Source: an uncultured Flavobacteriaceae bacterium
Lineage (GTDB): Bacteria; Bacteroidota; Bacteroidia; Flavobacteriales; Flavobacteriaceae
NCBI GenBank assembly: GCA_963815225.1
Contig: CAWFGA010000001.1
Span: 258,952 to 322,951, forward strand
Direction: 5' to 3'
Length of the DNA stretch: 64,000 bases
In this document: piece after piece, positions 1 to 9,628 of the stretch
How positions within the stretch are numbered: the first letter of the stretch is position 1
How the letters are laid out: each line of letters starts with the position of its first letter
Translations under genes and position numbers: made by a program
Notes under the pieces: generated by a model
Database searches by the model: none
Told to the model about the DNA's origin: nothing
What the model saw: only the letters and a program-made list of their open reading frames with translations

Positions 1-1
1 T

Positions 2-160
2 GCCATACAGATGGGGGCTACTATTTATTTAGGAAATCTCCTTGGAGGATGGTTGGACATGAAGTTTGAAAAAACATATTTGGAGGACACGTTTACGTTG
101 ATTGCCGTATTTTTGTCCATCTACTTGGTCATTAAAAAAGTAATGTCCTTGAATAAATAG
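2..160 (+). CDS. AtpZ/AtpI family ATP synthase protein (3' part, truncated by window edge)
   Basis: Manual translation AIQMGATIYLGNLLGGWLDMKFEKTYLEDTFTLIAVFLSIYLVIKKVMSLNK* shows the G..lG.wLD two-helix pattern; first gene of the atp cluster. Confidence 0.8.
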   Translation, partial: AIQMGATIYLGNLLGGWLDMKFEKTYLEDTFTLIAVFLSIYLVIKKVMSLNK

Positions 161-166
161 TGCCCC

Positions 167-559
167 TTGCTCAAAAAAATTATCATATATACAGTCGTGT
201 TCCTTGTAGTGGGCACGACTTCTTTTTTTCTACAGATTTATCTTTTGGGGGATGCAAATACCAACTTCTTTAGTACGCTCAAGAAAGCCTATATCTTCCA
301 TTTTTGTTTTTCATTGGTCTTGTTGATGTGCTTTCGGGTATTGGCCAACTACGATAAGTTATTTCAGCAGCTGGGTTTTATTTATATGGGTTTATTGGTT
401 ATTAAGATTGTTGTATTTGCAAGCTATTTTTACCCCCAACTTCTAGGTAAAGACGCACTGCCCCGTTTTTATAGGGCTTCACTGTTAATTCCTGTTATCG
501 TATTTTTGCTGCTTGAAGTGGTTTTCATTTCAAAAATTATGCAAGGCAAAAAAGCTTAA
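167..559 (+). CDS. Four-TM membrane protein upstream of atpB (AtpI-like / DUF6168-like)
   Basis: 130 aa, four hydrophobic segments, position between atpZ-like gene and atpB. Confidence 0.7.
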   Translation: MLKKIIIYTVVFLVVGTTSFFLQIYLLGDANTNFFSTLKKAYIFHFCFSLVLLMCFRVLANYDKLFQQLGFIYMGLLVIKIVVFASYFYPQLLGKDALPRFYRASLLIPVIVFLLLEVVFISKIMQGKKA

Positions 560-575
560 ATTTTAAAGCTCTAAA

Positions 576-609
576 TTTGCGCAGTTTAGGTTAATATTGA
601 CTACTTTTG
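576..609 (+). promoter_or_regulatory. Bacteroidetes housekeeping promoter for atpB
   Basis: TTTG at 576-579 and TACTTTTG at 602-609 match TTTG...TAnnTTTG; ATG at 648. Confidence 0.6.
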
Positions 610-647
610 CGCAAAATTTCAAGAGCTTAATTTTTGAAAAAGAAATA

Positions 648-1828
648 ATGAGGAAAGTTTCAAAAACGTTGAAAACGATAGCACTACTTTTTACACTATG
701 TTTTTCCATACATGGATTTGCATTTTCTGACACCGATCAAGATCCGGCCGTAGACACCAAGGAAGAGGTAGATGAGTACATACAGCATCACATTAAGGAT
801 GCCCATGACTTTCATTTATTTTCCTATACGGCAGCAAACGGGGAGCGCAAGCACGTTGGCTTTCCTTTGCCGGTTATTTTATGGTCCAGCAATGGTCTGG
901 TGACTTTTATGTCGTCTGAATTTCACCATGATGATGAAGGAGAGGTAGTCGTGGAACGTAACGGTTCAAGGTTTGTAAAGCTCCACACGAAAATCTATGA
1001 ATTGGAGGCCGGTGCAACGGAGGTTGAATTGGATGAAACCAACCATGCGACCAACGCGCACAAAGTTTTGGATTTTTCCATTACTAAAAGTGTCATGGGA
1101 ATATTGCTGGTAGGCCTCTTTATGTTGGTTGCCTTTTCAGCATTGGCCCGGCAATACAAGAATAAAAATGTTCCTACAGGGTTTGGGCGTGTTTTAGAGC
1201 CGTTGGTAATCTACGTACGTGACGAGATTGCAAGACCCAATATCGGAGAAAAGAAGTATAGAAAATTTACGGGCTATCTATTGACCGTGTTCTTTTTCAT
1301 TTGGATTTTGAATCTTTTAGGATTGACTCCTTTTGGATTCAACGTAACGGGTCAGCTAGCGGTAACCGCAGCCTTGGCGATCTTTACGCTAGTAATTATA
1401 TATACGGTAAGTGGAAATAAGGATTACTGGATGCATATGTTATGGATGCCGGAGCTCCATAGTGGATTCGACCCATTCTGGCCGTTATTGAGTTGGCAGG
1501 CGCTTTCTTAATTAAACCTTTTTCTCTATTAGTTCGTTTGTTCGCCAACATTTCTGCAGGGCATATTGTTGTCATGAGTCTTATCGCCATTATGTTTACC
1601 CTTAAAAATAGTTTAGGCGTAGTAGGTGCTACTGGCCTTTCGCTAGTATTGTCGTTTTTCATCACCCTGATCGAGGTTTTGGTGGCTTTTTTACAGGCTT
1701 ATATCTTTACCATGCTTTCCGCCTTATTTATTGGAATGGCAGTTGCGGAGCATGATCATGGACACGAACACGATTTGGAAGGGCATGATGTGGTGGATGC
1801 AGAGGACGTAAGGGAGAATTTTATTTAA
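648..1828 (+). CDS. atpB: F0F1 ATP synthase subunit a; reading frame broken near 1450-1462 (probable sequencing error)
   Basis: ORFs 597..1511 and 1493..1828 join; motifs NLLGLTP and KPFSLLVRLFANISAGH; shifting frame at 1450 gives MPGAP*WIRPILAVIELAG. Confidence 0.92.
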
Positions 1829-1843
1829 CGCGAGTTTTTTTAA

Positions 1844-2056
<213 letters not shown>

Positions 2057-2073
2057 GAACGTGAAGACCAAAG

Positions 2074-2110
2074 ACACTTTCCTGTAACGGTTGGTTGCAG
2101 GAAGTGTTTT
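2074..2110 (+). terminator. Stem-loop after atpE (mRNA stabiliser or partial terminator)
   Basis: ACACTTTCCTGTAAC / GTTGCAGGAAGTGT stem followed by a T-run. Confidence 0.6.
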
Positions 2111-2144
2111 TTAATTATTGATTTAGTGTTTTAAAACAAAAAAT

Positions 2145-2645
2145 ATGGAAACTTTAATAAACGATTTTTCACCTGGGTTGTTCGTAGTGCAAACCATTCT
2201 ATTATTGGGTTTGATTTTCCTATTGGTGAAATTCGCTTGGAAACCAATTTTAAATTCCTTGAATGAAAGGGAGAGTGGAATTCAAGAAGCCTTGGCCTCT
2301 GCAGAAAGAGCACGTGCAGACATGCAGAATTTACAGGCAGACAATGAAAAAATGTTGCAGGAAGCGCGTTCAGAGCGCGAAGCAATGTTGAAAGAGGCCC
2401 GTGAGATTAAGGATAAAATGATAGCAGACTCCAAAGAGCAGGCAAAAGTGGAAGGGGATAAAATGTTGAAGCAGGCACAGGCCGCTATTGAAAGTGAAAA
2501 ACAAGCAGCTGTTTCTGAAATTAAAAGTCAGGTCGCTGAGTTGTCAGTTGCCATTGCAGAAAAAGTATTACGAGAAGAATTGTCTGGTAAGGACAAGCAA
2601 ATGAAATTGGTAGACTCCATGTTGGGTGACATCAAATTGAACTAA
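2145..2645 (+). CDS. atpF: F0F1 ATP synthase subunit b
   Basis: N-terminal TM, FAWKPIL motif, long coiled coil, operon order. Confidence 0.97.
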   Translation: METLINDFSPGLFVVQTILLLGLIFLLVKFAWKPILNSLNERESGIQEALASAERARADMQNLQADNEKMLQEARSEREAMLKEAREIKDKMIADSKEQAKVEGDKMLKQAQAAIESEKQAAVSEIKSQVAELSVAIAEKVLREELSGKDKQMKLVDSMLGDIKLN

Positions 2646-2650
2646 GAAGA

Positions 2651-3190
2651 ATGAGCGAATCTAGAGCCGCATTACGTTACGCAAAGGCCATTTTGGATAT
2701 GGCCCAGGAAAAGAAAGCCTTGGATACCGTAGAAAAGGATATGCGCACTATTGTTGCCACCATTTCTGACAGTAAGGAGCTTAGGGATGTATTATCCAGT
2801 CCCGTAATTTCAGGATCTTCCAAAAAGAGCGCACTTTTAGAGATATTTAAAGGGAGCCAAGCCATAACGGAAGGGACCATAGGAATGTTGGTGGACAATA
2901 AACGCGTGGGAATGCTAAACGAAGTGGCCCTAAAATACCTTATTTTAAATGAGGACCTCAAAGGCAAGGGCGTAGCCTATGTAACAACTGCAGTGCCTTT
3001 AGATGCCAGTCTGGAGAAAAAAGTATTGAAGCAATTGGCTTCGATCACGGGTGATGAGGTTACTATTGAAAATATCGTTGATGAAGCGATTGTGGGAGGT
3101 TTTATATTACGCGTGGGGGATTTGCAGTATGATGCAAGTATCTCCAATAAATTGAGCAATTTAAAAAGAGAATTTACAAGTAGTCTTTAA
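2651..3190 (+). CDS. atpH: F1 ATP synthase subunit delta
   Basis: RYAKA start, GGFILRVGD..YDAS motif. Confidence 0.97.
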   Translation: MSESRAALRYAKAILDMAQEKKALDTVEKDMRTIVATISDSKELRDVLSSPVISGSSKKSALLEIFKGSQAITEGTIGMLVDNKRVGMLNEVALKYLILNEDLKGKGVAYVTTAVPLDASLEKKVLKQLASITGDEVTIENIVDEAIVGGFILRVGDLQYDASISNKLSNLKREFTSSL

Positions 3191-3195
3191 TAACT

Positions 3196-3233
3196 ATATG
3201 GGGCAATGGGCTTAAATGTTCAATGTCCAATAT
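3196..3233 (+). repeat. Imperfect heptamer-based inverted repeat between atpH and atpA
   Basis: ATATGGGGCAATGGGC-ttaaat-GTTCAATGTCCAATAT; 11/16 Watson-Crick plus 3 G-U pairs. Confidence 0.5.
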
Positions 3234-3250
3234 CTTATATCTAATTAAAA

Positions 3251-4828
3251 ATGGCAGGAGTAAAAGCCGCTGAAGTATCAGCAATTTTAAAGAAACAATT
3301 ATCAGGATTTGATGCCACAGCTACCTTGGATGAGGTAGGAACAGTTTTACAGGTTGGTGATGGTATTGCAAGGGTCTATGGGTTAGCCAATGCCCAATAT
3401 GGGGAGTTGGTTGAATTTGATGGCGGCCTAGAAGGTATCGTGTTAAATCTTGAGGAGGATAATGTTGGTGTTGTATTATTAGGGCCTTCCAAACAAGTTG
3501 GTGAGGGAGATACCGTAAAACGTACCCAACGAATCGCATCCATTAATGTTGGTGAAGGAATTGTTGGTCGTGTGGTGGATACCTTGGGAACACCTATTGA
3601 TGGCAAGGGTCCCATAAGTGGTAAAACCTATGAAATGCCGTTGGAGCGTAAAGCACCAGGGGTAATTTACAGGGAGCCTGTAACAGAGCCTATGCAATCC
3701 GGTATCAAAGCGATTGATGCCATGATTCCGGTAGGAAGGGGACAACGGGAGTTGGTTATTGGTGACCGTCAAACGGGAAAGACTACGGTTTGTATCGATA
3801 CCATTCTAAACCAAAAGGAATTTTATGATGCTGGCGAGCCGGTATACTGTATTTACGTGGCTATCGGTCAGAAAGCTTCTACAGTGGCGGGTATTGCGCA
3901 AGTGTTGGAAGATAAAGGCGCAATGGCCTATACGACCATCGTAGCTGCCAATGCATCCGATCCTGCACCTATGCAGGTATATGCACCATTTGCCGGGGCA
4001 TCCATCGGGGAATATTTCAGGGATACAGGTCGCCCCGCTTTGATTATTTATGATGATTTGTCCAAACAAGCGGTTGCCTATCGTGAGGTATCTTTATTAT
4101 TAAGAAGGCCACCAGGACGTGAGGCATATCCTGGGGATGTTTTTTACTTGCACTCCAGATTATTGGAGCGTGCCGCAAAGGTGATCAACAACGATGCCAT
4201 TGCCAAGGAAATGAATGATTTGCCAGAGGTACTGAAGCCTATGGTAAAAGGAGGAGGTTCGTTAACGGCTTTACCCATTATTGAAACACAGGCAGGAGAC
4301 GTATCGGCCTATATCCCAACCAATGTGATTTCGATTACCGACGGTCAGATATTCTTGGAGCAGGATTTATTCAACCAAGGGGTAAGACCAGCGATCAACG
4401 TGGGTATTTCCGTATCTCGTGTAGGAGGTAACGCCCAAATCAAATCCATGAAGAAAGTGGCAGGTACACTGAAGTTGGATCAAGCCCAGTTCCGTGAATT
4501 GGAAGCATTTGCCAAGTTTGGTTCGGATTTGGACGCAGCGACTTTAAATGTTATTGAAAAAGGACGTAGGAACGTTGAAATTTTAAAGCAGGCCCAAAAC
4601 GATCCGTTTACGGTGGAAGACCAAGTTGCGATTATCTATGCCGGTTCTAAAAACTTGTTAAGGGACGTTCCTGTAGAAAAGGTAAAGGAATTCGAACGGG
4701 ATTACCTAGAGTTCTTGAATGCCAAGCATAGGGATGTTTTGGATACGTTGAAAGCCGGAAAATTAACCGATGAGGCTACGGATACCTTAACTGCGGTTTG
4801 CAAAGATCTTTCGGCGAAATATAAATAA
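3251..4828 (+). CDS. atpA: F1 ATP synthase subunit alpha
   Basis: GDRQTGKT Walker [23 protein letters not shown]. Confidence 0.99.
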   Translation: MAGVKAAEVSAILKKQLSGFDATATLDEVGTVLQVGDGIARVYGLANAQYGELVEFDGGLEGIVLNLEEDNVGVVLLGPSKQVGEGDTVKRTQRIASINVGEGIVGRVVDTLGTPIDGKGPISGKTYEMPLERKAPGVIYREPVTEPMQSGIKAIDAMIPVGRGQRELVIGDRQTGKTTVCIDTILNQKEFYDAGEPVYCIYVAIGQKASTVAGIAQVLEDKGAMAYTTIVAANASDPAPMQVYAPFAGASIGEYFRDTGRPALIIYDDLSKQAVAYREVSLLLRRPPGREAYPGDVFYLHSRLLERAAKVINNDAIAKEMNDLPEVLKPMVKGGGSLTALPIIETQAGDVSAYIPTNVISITDGQIFLEQDLFNQGVRPAINVGISVSRVGGNAQIKSMKKVAGTLKLDQAQFRELEAFAKFGSDLDAATLNVIEKGRRNVEILKQAQNDPFTVEDQVAIIYAGSKNLLRDVPVEKVKEFERDYLEFLNAKHRDVLDTLKAGKLTDEATDTLTAVCKDLSAKYK

Positions 4829-4858
4829 GTTAAAAGTGAAGAACGATGGGTTATGAGT
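4828..4858 (+). repeat. Left arm of 31-bp imperfect inverted repeat flanking the four-helix-bundle gene
   Basis: AGTTAAA AGTGAAG AACGATG GGTTATG AGT; 23/31 identical to the reverse complement of 5184-5214. Confidence 0.7.
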
Positions 4859-5191
4859 AAATTAAACGAAAGTCCGATTAGGATTAAAAGTTTTTAATTT
4901 GCTTGTAGTATCGTAAAGTATAGTGATTCTCTAAAAAAGGATAAAGATTTTGAGTTAGCATCTCAATTATTGCGGAGTGGGACAAGTATCGGAGCGAATA
5001 CTAGAGAAGCGCAGCGAGGGGTTAGCAAGAAAGAATTCAAAAATAAATTTGGAATTGCTCTAAAGGAGGCTGATAAAACCATGTATTGGTTAGAAATATT
5101 GGAAGCTACCGGGAGAAAAGTCCCAGAGAATATGAAAATTAAAGGTGAAGAGTTAAAAAGAATTTTGGTGACAATAATCAAGAACTCATAG
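4853..5191 (+). pseudogene. Four helix bundle protein (23S rRNA IVS protein / Avd-like family) with in-frame TAA at 4895-4897
   Basis: MSKLNESPIRIKSF*FACSIVKYSDSLKKDKDFELASQLLRSGTSIGANTREAQ...KEADKTMYWLEIL; QLLRSGTSIGAN..EA and KEA..T.YWL are family hallmarks. Confidence 0.85.
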
Positions 5192-5214
5192 CTCTGCATT
5201 CATAACTTATAACT
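5184..5214 (+). repeat. Right arm of 31-bp imperfect inverted repeat flanking the four-helix-bundle gene
   Basis: ACTCATA GCTCTGC ATTCATA ACTTATA ACT, 7-nt periodic, complementary to 4828-4858. Confidence 0.7.
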
Positions 5215-5221
5215 CAAGTAA

Positions 5222-6082
5222 ATGGCCAATTTAAAGGAAATACGTAATAGGATTACATCCGTCTCATCAACGATGCAGATTACCAGTGCCATGAAAATGG
5301 TATCTGCCGCAAAATTGAAAAAGGCTCAGGATGCCATCACGGCGATGAGACCGTACTCGGATAAACTTACAGAATTGTTGCAAAGTCTTAGCGCAAGTTT
5401 GGAAGGTGATTCTGGAAGCAAATATGCCGATAACAGGACAGTGAAAAAAGTATTGGTGGTAGCCATTACCTCTAACAGAGGACTTTGTGGTGCTTTCAAT
5501 ACCAATATTTTAAAACAGGCCGTTCATTTGGCCGAGAACGTCCATACTGGAAAGCAAGTCGATTTTATGGCCATCGGTAAGAAAGCGAACGATTTTTTGG
5601 GGAAACGGCATAAGGTTATCGCGAATCATAGCAAAGTTTATGAAGACCTTTCATTTGATGCTGTTGCTGAAATTGCCGAAGACCTAATGGAATTGTTTAC
5701 CAATGGTGCGTATGACCGTATCGAGATTGTGTACAATAGTTTTAAAAACGCGGCCACTCAGATTGTTATGACCGAGCAGTTTTTACCCATTGTTCCCATG
5801 GAGGGGCAGAATAATGTGAGTGCCGATTATACTTTTGAACCTTCCAAAGTGGAAATCGTGGAGCAATTAATTCCAAAATCCTTGAAAACACAGTTATATA
5901 AAGGAATACGAGATTCATTTGCTAGTGAACACGGTGCGCGAATGACCGCGATGCACAAAGCTACCGATAATGCAACTGAGCTACGGGATCAATTGAAATT
6001 GACCTATAACAAGGCAAGACAGGCTGCGATTACCAACGAGATTTTAGAAATCGTAGGGGGAGCAGAAGCCTTGAACAATTAA
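5222..6082 (+). CDS. atpG: F1 ATP synthase subunit gamma
   Basis: ITSAMKMVSAAK, RGLCGAFN, RQAAITNEILEIVGGA. Confidence 0.99.
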   Translation: MANLKEIRNRITSVSSTMQITSAMKMVSAAKLKKAQDAITAMRPYSDKLTELLQSLSASLEGDSGSKYADNRTVKKVLVVAITSNRGLCGAFNTNILKQAVHLAENVHTGKQVDFMAIGKKANDFLGKRHKVIANHSKVYEDLSFDAVAEIAEDLMELFTNGAYDRIEIVYNSFKNAATQIVMTEQFLPIVPMEGQNNVSADYTFEPSKVEIVEQLIPKSLKTQLYKGIRDSFASEHGARMTAMHKATDNATELRDQLKLTYNKARQAAITNEILEIVGGAEALNN

Positions 6083-6147
6083 TGCGTAATGCAATTTTAA
6101 TGGACAACTAAGTTCCAAGGTTTTTAATAGCGTAAAAGATTCATAAG

Positions 6148-6180
6148 AAAACCCCACATTAATGTGGGGTTTTGTTTTTT
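6148..6180 (+). terminator. Intrinsic terminator of the atp operon
   Basis: AAAACCCCACAT-TA-ATGTGGGGTTTT followed by a T-rich tail. Confidence 0.85.
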
Positions 6181-6225
6181 GAAAGATCGGTAGTTTCCAT
6201 TTTTTAACCGACTTTTGCCGCACAA

Positions 6226-7446
6226 ATGAAATCCAACAAGACCGCTTTACTTTTTATTTTCATCACTATTCTGGTCGATGTCATCGGTATTGGAATAATA
6301 CTTCCCATAATTCCTGATCTAATTATGGAACTGACGGGTGAAGGTACCCATATGGCCATTATATACGGGATGTGGCTCACTACGGCGTTTGCGGGGATGC
6401 AGTTTTTATTTTCTCCTGTGCTCGGGGAAATCTCTGATAAATACGGGCGACGCCCTATTTTGCTTTTGGCGCTTTTGGGGCTGAGCATAGATTATATGAT
6501 TCATGCATGGGCGCCCACCATTACCTGGTTATTTGTAGGAAGATTTTTAGCCGGTATTACAGGAGCCAGTTTTACGGTAGCCTCTGCCTATATTGCAGAT
6601 ATAAGTACTAGGGAAAATAAGGCCAAGAATTTTGGCTTGATAGGCGCTGCCTTCGGGATAGGATTTATTATAGGTCCCGGGATAGGAGGATTTTTCGGGG
6701 AAATCGACATACGCTTACCATTTTATATCGCCGCTGGTTTAACCTTCGCAAATTTCCTGTTTGGTTGGTTCTTTGTGCCAGAATCCCTGGCTCCGGAAAA
6801 ACGAAGAAAGATAATTCTATCCAAAATGGTTCCCGGAGTGTCCTTATTCGCGCTAAGAAATTATAAGGGATTACTGTTGTTGATTTCAGCTTTCTTTTTA
6901 GCCAATTTGGCTGGACAGGCCCTGCCCTCTACGTGGTCTTACTATGGGATTGAACGGTACGACTGGAATCCCAAACAAATTGGAATTTCCTTAATGGTGG
7001 TGGGTCTTTTGGTGGCCATCGTGCAGGGTTTCCTTGTAGGTGTTTTGGTAAATAAGTTTGGAAAACGGAAGGTGATTATTTTCGGTTTTTTATTATGGAC
7101 CGTAGGAATGTTCCTCTTTTCTTTCGCAAGCGAGCCCTGGATGCTGTACGCCTTTCTGATTCCTTATGCACTGGGGGGTATCGCCGGGCCTACGGTACAG
7201 GGAGTAATTTCCAACCAAGTTCCAGACAATGAACAAGGAATTTTACAGGGGTCCATTACCGGTCTTGTCAGTATTACAGCTATCTTGGGACAACTGATTT
7301 TCTCCCCTGTGTTTTACTACTTTGTTCGACCCGATGCTACCGTGTACTTTCCGGGGGCACCATATGCCTTGGCGGCGTTATTCTTGCTTGCCGCCTTCTG
7401 CTTTGCCTTCATTGCTATCCGAAGGATGAACGTGGAACCGGAATAA
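6226..7446 (+). CDS. TCR/Tet-family (DHA1) MFS efflux transporter
   Basis: About 12 TMs, motif A GEISDKYGRRPILL, GRFLAGITGA, GFIIGPGIGG. Confidence 0.9.
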   Translation: MKSNKTALLFIFITILVDVIGIGIILPIIPDLIMELTGEGTHMAIIYGMWLTTAFAGMQFLFSPVLGEISDKYGRRPILLLALLGLSIDYMIHAWAPTITWLFVGRFLAGITGASFTVASAYIADISTRENKAKNFGLIGAAFGIGFIIGPGIGGFFGEIDIRLPFYIAAGLTFANFLFGWFFVPESLAPEKRRKIILSKMVPGVSLFALRNYKGLLLLISAFFLANLAGQALPSTWSYYGIERYDWNPKQIGISLMVVGLLVAIVQGFLVGVLVNKFGKRKVIIFGFLLWTVGMFLFSFASEPWMLYAFLIPYALGGIAGPTVQGVISNQVPDNEQGILQGSITGLVSITAILGQLIFSPVFYYFVRPDATVYFPGAPYALAALFLLAAFCFAFIAIRRMNVEPE

Positions 7447-7462
7447 ATTTTCAAAATAAAAC

Positions 7463-7489
7463 GTAACATTTTAAAAGAACTGAATCTAA
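7463..7489 (+). promoter_or_regulatory. Putative ECF-sigma promoter
   Basis: GTAAC-N17-TCTAA upstream of the hydrolase/ECF/anti-sigma operon. Confidence 0.4.
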
Positions 7490-7517
7490 AAGGTAAATAA
7501 CATTAAAAAACCTTACG

Positions 7518-8360
7518 ATGAAAACGTTCAAAAATTTACTTTTTAGTCTACTGATGGCTTCGGCCTTATTTGCCAATGCTCAGGAATATCCTTTTCGGGC
7601 ACAAGTTTCTGGCGCAGGGGAACCGATCCTTTTTTTTCCGGGGTTCACGTGCCCTGGGGAAGTTTGGGAGGATACCGTTGCAGAACTTTCAAAGAATTAT
7701 GAGTGCCATGTATTTACCTTTGCCGGTTTTGGAGACGTACCCGCAATTGAAAAACCATGGTTGTCAAAAATTAAGGAAGGGGTACTCGAGTATATTATTG
7801 CGAATAAATTGAATGCGCCAACCCTCGTAGGGCACAGCTTAGGCGGCGCATTGGCCTTATGGATGGCAGCAGATGGAAATTCGTACAAAGAACTCATTAT
7901 TGTGGACGCCCTGCCTTCCACAGGAGCATTGATGATGCCTGATTTTAAAAGTGAATATATGGTTTACGATACCCCGTACAACAAGCAACTTTTGGAAATG
8001 GACGAGGCCGGTTTTAAATCCATGGCGTTACAGATGGCAAGGGGTATGACTGCAAACAAGGAAAAACAGCCTAAAATCATGGAATGGATGATAACTGCGG
8101 ATCGAGAAACGTACGTATATGGCTATACAGACCTGCTAAAGCTTGATTTACGGAAGGATATTTCAAAAATTGATGTTCCGGTTACCATCTTGGCCGCAAC
8201 CAATCCTTACGGTCTTGAAATGGCAAAATCTACGTACGAAACGCAGTATAAAAATTTAAAGAACTATACTATCAGGTTTGCTGAGGATGCGGCCCACTTC
8301 ATTATGTACGATAGGCCAAAATGGTTTCTTGAAAATCTACAAAGTACCTTGGAAGACTAA
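7518..8360 (+). CDS. Secreted alpha/beta fold hydrolase
   Basis: Signal peptide, GHSLGG nucleophile elbow, AHFIMYD catalytic His. Confidence 0.9.
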   Translation: MKTFKNLLFSLLMASALFANAQEYPFRAQVSGAGEPILFFPGFTCPGEVWEDTVAELSKNYECHVFTFAGFGDVPAIEKPWLSKIKEGVLEYIIANKLNAPTLVGHSLGGALALWMAADGNSYKELIIVDALPSTGALMMPDFKSEYMVYDTPYNKQLLEMDEAGFKSMALQMARGMTANKEKQPKIMEWMITADRETYVYGYTDLLKLDLRKDISKIDVPVTILAATNPYGLEMAKSTYETQYKNLKNYTIRFAEDAAHFIMYDRPKWFLENLQSTLED

Positions 8361-8854
8361 TGGAGTTAAAAGAACAACACTACAAGCTAATCTTTCTTAA
8401 TAATTATGCAAGGGTTTTGCGTATATGCACGGGGTATGTGGCCGGTGATGAGGCACGCGCCAAAGATTTGGCCCAAGAAACGTTCCTAAAAATTTGGCAG
8501 CATCTAGAAGGTTTTAGAAACGAAAGCGCTCTTGAGACTTGGATTTATAGGATTTGCGTGAATACCTGCCTAATGGCATTGAGAAAGGAAAAAAGACAAG
8601 TCTCTTTTGAACGGTTAGAACATGGCCTTGCGAATGAAAACGCAACCGAACCAGAAGAAAATGAATTAAAATTGGTTCGCATGTACGCGTGTATCAACAA
8701 ATTGAATAGCACAAACAAGGCTATTATCCTATTGGAATTGGAAGGTTTGCCGCAATTGGAAATCTCCGAAATAATCGGGATCAACCATGAAGCGGTTCGG
8801 ACCCGAATTCACAGAATTAAAAATCAATTAACAAAATGTGTACGCCATGAATAA
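8360..8854 (+). CDS. ECF RNA polymerase sigma factor
   Basis: AKDLAQETFLKIW, WIYRICVNTC, region 4 EISEIIG...RTRIHR. Confidence 0.93.
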   Translation: MELKEQHYKLIFLNNYARVLRICTGYVAGDEARAKDLAQETFLKIWQHLEGFRNESALETWIYRICVNTCLMALRKEKRQVSFERLEHGLANENATEPEENELKLVRMYACINKLNSTNKAIILLELEGLPQLEISEIIGINHEAVRTRIHRIKNQLTKCVRHE

Positions 8855-9419
8855 TTTTGAAGAACTAGAAAATGTCTGGAAAGGACAATCGGTTACAAGC
8901 CCTACCGAAAAGGAATTCGAACTGCTAAGAAAGGGTATAGTGGCTATTGAAAAAAAGCAAAACAGCACAAATATCATCTTAACGATTACGACAGTTATCT
9001 TGATTGCATTTGTGCTGTATGTCTCCGGGTATACGAATGCAACATTTTTAATTGGTATATCCTTAATGGTAGTTAGCCTGATTGTAAGAATAGCCATCGA
9101 AATTATGAGTAGATCACGTTTAAGAAAAATAGGAGTCCTGAAACACTTTCTTGATTTCAAGGAGGAAATTACGGCCTATTATAAAAACAGAAAAAAAGTA
9201 CATTACATCATTACCCCTATATGTCTTTTAGCATACACTTTGGGTTTTATTATTTTATTGCCGCTATTCGAGAAAAGCCTTTCCTATGGTTTTTACCTTT
9301 ATATTGTATGCTCCTACACTGTTTTTCTCGTCATATTCTCTCTATTCATTTTTAGCCAAATTAGAAAGGAATTGTTGAAATTAAAGGCATTGCAAGCGGA
9401 CGCCAAACTAAAACGATAA
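8847..9419 (+). CDS. Four-TM membrane protein, putative anti-sigma factor
   Basis: Overlaps the sigma stop; EL..VW N-terminus then four TMs. Confidence 0.7.
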   Translation: MNNFEELENVWKGQSVTSPTEKEFELLRKGIVAIEKKQNSTNIILTITTVILIAFVLYVSGYTNATFLIGISLMVVSLIVRIAIEIMSRSRLRKIGVLKHFLDFKEEITAYYKNRKKVHYIITPICLLAYTLGFIILLPLFEKSLSYGFYLYIVCSYTVFLVIFSLFIFSQIRKELLKLKALQADAKLKR

Positions 9420-9628
9420 GCTCCTTTTAAGGGTTCGGACAATTTTTTTATACACCGATACAAAGGTCGTTAAGACATATTGGTCTAGGCCAAGCATAAA
9501 GAAATGTACGCTAGCGAAGGGTGATGGCAATAAAACAAAAACAACCTGTAGCTTTTATCGGTGTACCCAAAAACTAACTTTGTAGACAGGGTTTTAATAG
9601 GTACTTTTAAGGCTTCAATATATGGTGT

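Noticed and set aside
4853-5191. Diversity-generating retroelement suggested by the Avd-like fold
   Set aside because: No reverse transcriptase and no template/variable repeat pair in the window.
6082-6226. Absence of atpD/atpC from the atp operon
   Set aside because: A separate atpDC locus is normal in Flavobacteriaceae.
6226-7446. Acquired tetracycline resistance gene
   Set aside because: No tetR or mobile context; only a family-level MFS call is supported.
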